From Ferroacidibacillus organovorans (GTDB taxonomy: Bacteria > Bacillota > Bacilli > Alicyclobacillales > SLC66): a DNA stretch of 64,000 nucleotides. The stretch spans positions 1-64,000 of the forward strand of contig NZ_LSUQ01000003.1 in the NCBI RefSeq assembly GCF_001642725.1, read 5' to 3'. This document shows, in pieces, positions 59,200-64,000 of this stretch (positions are counted from its first letter, which is position 1; every line of letters begins with the position of its first letter). The notes below the pieces were generated by a model. That model saw only the letters and a program-made list of their open reading frames with translations, was not told the DNA's origin and searched no databases. The translations under genes and the position numbers were made by a program.

Positions 59200-60075
59200 T
59201 TGAGTAATGAGTTGTTGCGTATGGTTGTTGAACCAGGACTCTCTGAAGATGCATACGCATCCGTTCGCGATTTGGCAAAGCGTTGTCAGGAACACGATGG
59301 CTTGACGCTAAAATTGAACGAGACGTTTCTGCGGACGCGACCTGCCTATGAAGTGAATGACCTCCTCTATTACGCGGGAGACCGCTTGGTGGGCTACCTC
59401 GGGTTACACCAGTTTCAGATGCACGAGGTGGAATTGACTGGCATGGTCGACCCGGCGTATCGGAGAAGGGGTATTTTTTCTGCGTTGGTGGCTGAAGCTC
59501 GACAGGAAATCGATGACCGCGGAGCGTCTGTACTCATCTTCATAAGTCCACAGGAGTCGAATTCAGGAAAGTGCTGTCTGCAGTCGCTAGGCGCTTCCTA
59601 TTCGTTTTCAGAGTATCATATGCTGTGGGATGGGCGCACGCGTAAAGCGACTGCCTCAAATGTGACATTGCGCGCCGCAGAGCGCGAAGAAGATCTTCAT
59701 CGCGTTGCGCTCATGACAGCGGAGTGTTTTGAGATGGAGGAAGAGGATGTACATTCCTCGATCACAGAGGCGCGTCTTCCCGGTATGAAGCGCTACCTCA
59801 TCGAAATGGGAGAAGAGGCAATCGGCACCATCGCGGTCAATGAAATCGATCAGCGTGAAGCATTTCTCTTCGGGTTTTGTGTTCTAGAAGCGTTTCGCGG
59901 GAAAGGATGGGGGCGGGCGGCGCTCACAGCGATGATCGGAATGTTGTCCGAACGAGGGTTTAGCTCCATCGCGCTCGAGGTAGCGGCAGAGAATCGGCAC
60001 GCGCTATCGCTCTACGAGGGGTGTGGATTTTCCATCCTACGTGCAAACGACTATTTTAAGCAGTCACTCGAATAA
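59200..60075 (+). CDS. Tandem-domain GNAT acetyltransferase
   Basis: VDPAYRRRGI and FRGKGWG acetyl-CoA motifs. Confidence 0.9.
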   Translation: MSNELLRMVVEPGLSEDAYASVRDLAKRCQEHDGLTLKLNETFLRTRPAYEVNDLLYYAGDRLVGYLGLHQFQMHEVELTGMVDPAYRRRGIFSALVAEARQEIDDRGASVLIFISPQESNSGKCCLQSLGASYSFSEYHMLWDGRTRKATASNVTLRAAEREEDLHRVALMTAECFEMEEEDVHSSITEARLPGMKRYLIEMGEEAIGTIAVNEIDQREAFLFGFCVLEAFRGKGWGRAALTAMIGMLSERGFSSIALEVAAENRHALSLYEGCGFSILRANDYFKQSLE

Positions 60076-60098
60076 CAGATGAACAAGGGGGAAACCGT

Positions 60099-60287
60099 AT
60101 GCCACGCGCAGAGAATCGCAAGCGACCGCCAGGGTCACAGGGAACCGGATTTGGGGGCAGCCATACTGATAAAGCATCATCTCATCAGCATGGTGTAGAA
60201 CAGAAACAGCGTATGGATAAGAAGCAGGAACTGATTGAGAAGATGCGCAAGATCCAAAAGGGTAAGTCGAGCGATGATGTAAACTAA
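60099..60287 (+). CDS. Small basic hypothetical protein
   Basis: RBS AAGGGGG; fills the gap between co-oriented genes. Confidence 0.55.
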   Translation: MPRAENRKRPPGSQGTGFGGSHTDKASSHQHGVEQKQRMDKKQELIEKMRKIQKGKSSDDVN

Positions 60288-60290
60288 AGG

Positions 60291-61538
60291 ATGTGCCATG
60301 TGGCTGTTGAATCTACCGGGATGCGATCCCTTGTTAAAAATCGCTTTCTCGTCACCATTCTGATGTCAGGGCTGTTTGTGCAAATTGGAATATGGGTTCG
60401 AAACTTCGGCGTCCTTCTTTATGTCATGGATCGGACGCACGGAAATGCATATGCCGTTTCGATGATCTCTGTCGCTGAGTTTGCACCGATTTTTATTTTC
60501 TCCTTTATTGGTGGGACGTTTGCAGATCGCTGGCCGCCCAAGCGAACGATGGTGTTTTCTGACCTGTTCAGCGGCCTCGCGCTATCGGTGATCTTGGGAT
60601 TCCTTTCCGGTGGCGCTTGGCAGGCGGTCTTTTTTGCCACGCTCGCCTCGTCCATTCTGTCGCAATTCTCGCAGCCTTCGGGAATGCGCCTTTTTAAACT
60701 GCATGTTCCAGAAGAACACATGCAGGCGGGCATGTCGATTTATCAGACAATGTTTGCGATGTTCATGATCATCGGACCTGTCATCGGCACATTTGTGTAC
60801 CAACACTTCGGCATCATTGTGTGCATTATCGTGACAGGAGTCTCCTTTCTCTTTTCTGCGGGGACGCTCCTCTTTCTGCCGCGCGATCACGTCGAGGCGC
60901 AGACGGTGGAGAAAACGTCGCTTCTCTTTGACATGCGCGAGGGCATTCGCTATGTCCTCTCAAAACGCGTATTGTCAGCGCTTGGAGGATGCTTTTTATC
61001 GGCTGGTTTGGCGATTGGCCTGATTCAACCTTTGGGGATCTTCATTGTGACCCAGCGGCTGCACCTTCCGCAGACCGACCTTCAGTGGTTTACCGGAATC
61101 AACGGTTTGGCGATGGTGATCGGCGGCGTTTTATCCATGATGCTTTCAAAGCGAACTGCCCCGCACATCGCTCTTTTGATCGGAATGGCCGTCTCCTCAT
61201 TGACCATCGCTTTGATCGGCGTATCGACCCTCGTGTGGCTCAGCCTACTCGCACAGTTTCTTGGCGGTCTCGTCATGCCAGCCGTCCAGATCAGCATCAA
61301 CACGATGATCTTGAGCCATACCGAAAATGCGTATGTCGGGCGCGTCAACGGTATCTTAAATCCGCTTTTTATGGGCGGCATGATCCTAACGATGATGGTG
61401 GCCGGGGCGCTCGTTCAATGGACGTCCATCGTCTTGGTGTATATTCTCTCTGGTGTTTTCTTTGCGATCGGAATGGCAGCGCTTATTCCTATTTTTCGGA
61501 GAGATGCGGACGCGCTTGGGACAGAACTCGGTTCGTAA
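60291..61538 (+). CDS. MFS transporter (DHA3-like)
   Basis: GGTFADRWPPKR, FSQPS, GRVNG. Confidence 0.9.
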   Translation: MCHVAVESTGMRSLVKNRFLVTILMSGLFVQIGIWVRNFGVLLYVMDRTHGNAYAVSMISVAEFAPIFIFSFIGGTFADRWPPKRTMVFSDLFSGLALSVILGFLSGGAWQAVFFATLASSILSQFSQPSGMRLFKLHVPEEHMQAGMSIYQTMFAMFMIIGPVIGTFVYQHFGIIVCIIVTGVSFLFSAGTLLFLPRDHVEAQTVEKTSLLFDMREGIRYVLSKRVLSALGGCFLSAGLAIGLIQPLGIFIVTQRLHLPQTDLQWFTGINGLAMVIGGVLSMMLSKRTAPHIALLIGMAVSSLTIALIGVSTLVWLSLLAQFLGGLVMPAVQISINTMILSHTENAYVGRVNGILNPLFMGGMILTMMVAGALVQWTSIVLVYILSGVFFAIGMAALIPIFRRDADALGTELGS

Positions 61539-61618
61539 ATCGAGGGTGGACATGGAGTGATGGAGCAAAGCCTTTACGCTCCCAATCTGGGTCTAGTCGC
61601 AAAGCAGAAGTGGTGTGT

Positions 61619-62815
61619 TCAGAGCTTCTCACGTTGTGACAAAGGCGAAATTAAAGGATGCGCCCGCCGAAATTTTTCTTCATACATTCTCGCATCTGCG
61701 AGCTGCAATGTCTCCTCAATTGAAGGGGTGTCAACGGGCGCGGTGGCCATGCCCATGCTGACCTCAAGGCGCAGGTTTTGGATCCCTCTGTCTTGACTTA
61801 CCTGTTTGAGTTTATCGCGAATGGAATCCATGACTTCTTCGCTCAGCGATTTAGGAGAATACGCGATAAATTCGTCGCCGCCATAGCGGAAGTGGCGTGC
61901 AGGGCTTGGCAAACTGGAGACGAGCGCAGCCGCGACGTCGCGCAATACTTCGTCGCCGGTGATATGGCCAAACTGGTCATTCACCAATTTGAAATGATCG
62001 ACATCGACGACGATCAGACTACCTGAAAAAGGTGTGCGCTCATGCGCTTGGAGCAGGGATTTCCAGGCGTGCCGATTCTCGATTCCGGTGAGGCCATCTG
62101 TCCATGCCGATTTTTGAAGCGATTTAACCTTGTTGTAGTCATTGATCGCACCAAAGATGCCCACTTGAATCGCACTTGTCAAAAAGACGGCGATCATGGG
62201 GAATTGTCGGGAGAGCAGTGCGCCCATGAAGACGAGTAGATAAGAGTTTAGATAGCCCCAATGCAGCTCCTTAACTGTGAGACGGAGTTGATCAAGAATG
62301 GAGCGCTCTTCACGTTTGGCGACGATCATGGCAGAGATGAAACGGTTGATGAGCAAATGCAGCATCAGTGTCGTCAAGATGGAGATGAAAAGCGCAGGGG
62401 ATGAGCCGCCCAGGCGGTTTTGAAGGTATGAATAGGCGCTCGCGCTAATGAAGAGGCCAAGCGCCACATGGGCAAACGTTTCCAAGTATTTTGTAAAGCG
62501 GCTGTGCGCCCGTGCAGTGATCCAAATCAATCCTGGCAAAGGGATTAACATGGCGAGTTCTCGCGGCAGCGTATAGATACCAAGCATCAACAGCGGAATG
62601 CCTGGTCGCCACGAGGCACCGCTTGGCATGCGAATCGACCAAGGCGCGAGCATTGTGCAGAGAACACTGATTTCGATCATGAGCAGCGCATTGTGGTACG
62701 TCAAATGATGAAAGAGAAAAACAATGCTGAAGAGAAGGAGCACATTTCCAAACAGAGTAAGGAGAAAAAGGACGAGATGTAATGGCCGTTTGGCGAGCGT
62801 GATCATGATGGACAC
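61619..62815 (-). CDS. Membrane-bound diguanylate cyclase
   Basis: Multi-TM N-terminus; TDGLTG, DVDHFK.VND.FGH, RYGGDEF. Confidence 0.92.
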   Translation of the reverse strand: MSIMITLAKRPLHLVLFLLTLFGNVLLLFSIVFLFHHLTYHNALLMIEISVLCTMLAPWSIRMPSGASWRPGIPLLMLGIYTLPRELAMLIPLPGLIWITARAHSRFTKYLETFAHVALGLFISASAYSYLQNRLGGSSPALFISILTTLMLHLLINRFISAMIVAKREERSILDQLRLTVKELHWGYLNSYLLVFMGALLSRQFPMIAVFLTSAIQVGIFGAINDYNKVKSLQKSAWTDGLTGIENRHAWKSLLQAHERTPFSGSLIVVDVDHFKLVNDQFGHITGDEVLRDVAAALVSSLPSPARHFRYGGDEFIAYSPKSLSEEVMDSIRDKLKQVSQDRGIQNLRLEVSMGMATAPVDTPSIEETLQLADARMYEEKFRRAHPLISPLSQREKL

Positions 62816-62920
62816 CGTCCAAAACAGAAGTTACTCCCTTTATACCTTAAGCCTACCTGGGAAACAAGCGATTGCATACTAGAATCAGGGAAGGCGCGCG
62901 GCCCACCCAGGTAAATGTTA

Positions 62921-64000
62921 TCAAAAAACTTTTGTGGTGAACTGCTCACCATTCCACACAGCAGTGACGAGCGTTTCATAAAAATCAGGCTCGTGACTGA
63001 TCAATAGAATGCTCCCCCGATACGCGCGCAACGCTTGATAGAGAGAGGCTTTAGCGTCCACGTCAAGATGGTTCGTTGGCTCATCGAGCAGGAGGAGGTT
63101 GCTCGGTTTGTTCATCAGCTTGCAGAGGCGCACTTTCGCTTTTTCGCCCCCGCTCAAAACGCGCACCTGACTCTCAATGTGTTTGGTCGTCAGTCCGCAC
63201 TTGGCGAGTGCGGCGCGAATCTCATGCTGTCCCATGTGCGGAAACGCTTCCCAAACCTCTTCGATACACGTTCGTGTGTTGTGTTCATCCGCTTCTTGCT
63301 CGAAGTATCCAATGTGCAAATAATCGCCTCGCTCTACGTCTCCCGAAAACGCAGGAATCATTCCGAGCAAGCTCTTTAACAGCGTCGTCTTGCCGATGCC
63401 GTTGGCGCCGACGAGCGCAATCTTTTGACCGCGCTCCATGCGCAGATCGAGCGGTTTTGAGAGCGCCGAATCGTAGCCGATGACCAAGTCACGCGTTTCA
63501 AAAATTGTCTTGTCGGATGTGCGCGCCTCAAGAAAGGAGAACTGTGGCTTTGGTTTTTCCTTTTCGAGTTCAATCACGTCCATCTTGTCCAGTTTCTTTT
63601 GGCGTGACATGGCCATGTTGCGCGTTGATACGCGCGCCTTGTTGCGGGCGACAAAATCTTCTAATTCGGCAATTTCCTGCTGTTGGCGTTTGAAGGCAGA
63701 CTCCTGTTGCTGTTTTTTCATCTCAAACGCCTGCAAAAAGTTGTCATAGTTTCCGACATAGCGGTTTAACTCGCGATTGTGCATGTGATAGATAAGGTTG
63801 ATCACCTGATTGAGAAATGGGATATCGTGTGAGATGAGAATGAATGCATTTTCGTAATTCTGAAGATAGCGCGTCAACCAAGCGATATGCTCTACATCAA
63901 GGTAGTTCGTCGGTTCATCAAGCAGCAAGATATCCGGTTTCTCGAGAAGCAGTTTGGCAAGCAGGACTTTTGTGCGTTGACCGCCGCTCATCTCGTCGAC
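62921..64000 (-). CDS. ABC-F family ATPase (5' end outside the window)
   Basis: SGGQ, two LDEPTN motifs, GANGIGKT, no TM domain. Confidence 0.93.
   Translation of the reverse strand, partial: VDEMSGGQRTKVLLAKLLLEKPDILLLDEPTNYLDVEHIAWLTRYLQNYENAFILISHDIPFLNQVINLIYHMHNRELNRYVGNYDNFLQAFEMKKQQQESAFKRQQQEIAELEDFVARNKARVSTRNMAMSRQKKLDKMDVIELEKEKPKPQFSFLEARTSDKTIFETRDLVIGYDSALSKPLDLRMERGQKIALVGANGIGKTTLLKSLLGMIPAFSGDVERGDYLHIGYFEQEADEHNTRTCIEEVWEAFPHMGQHEIRAALAKCGLTTKHIESQVRVLSGGEKAKVRLCKLMNKPSNLLLLDEPTNHLDVDAKASLYQALRAYRGSILLISHEPDFYETLVTAVWNGEQFTTKVF

Noticed and set aside
1..64000. tRNA/rRNA genes, intact transposases, integrases, prophage genes, and the many antisense ORFs in the track
   Set aside because: None of the former recognised; antisense ORFs overlap well-supported genes and lack RBS or family motifs

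Overview
64-kb chromosomal window of a Bacillota bacterium. Gene content (sigA promoters, CIRCE, SinR/SinI, SipW/TasA, PerR) points to Bacillales, possibly Alicyclobacillaceae; this is inference. Bases 1-6100 are a decayed accessory patchwork of pseudogene fragments, small cargo genes and a dispersed repeat present three times. The rest holds metabolic, stress and biofilm genes: mqo, htpG, a YjgC-type formate dehydrogenase, a flavinylation module, a tapA-like/sipW/tasA/tasA operon with sinI/sinR, TatAC with a Tat substrate and an ECF sigma pair, and perR/katA. Highlights missed by the ORF track: (1) a DsbA/FrnE-family gene with an in-frame TGA at the first residue of its CxxC motif (UPFC) followed by a SECIS-like hairpin, a candidate selenoprotein, in a locus with SoxB-like, MFS and DsrE genes whose operator recurs at a distant PadR gene; (2) a c-di-GMP-I (GEMM) riboswitch directly in front of sinI-sinR, linking c-di-GMP to biofilm matrix control, plus a second one before a GAF-GGDEF-EAL gene; (3) a membrane protein with a His-to-Asn pseudo-HisKA domain; (4) a perfect 21-bp inverted repeat enclosing a promoter; (5) a 27-aa membrane peptide and two probable non-canonical start codons. 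All family calls come from motif recognition by eye; no database searches were run.
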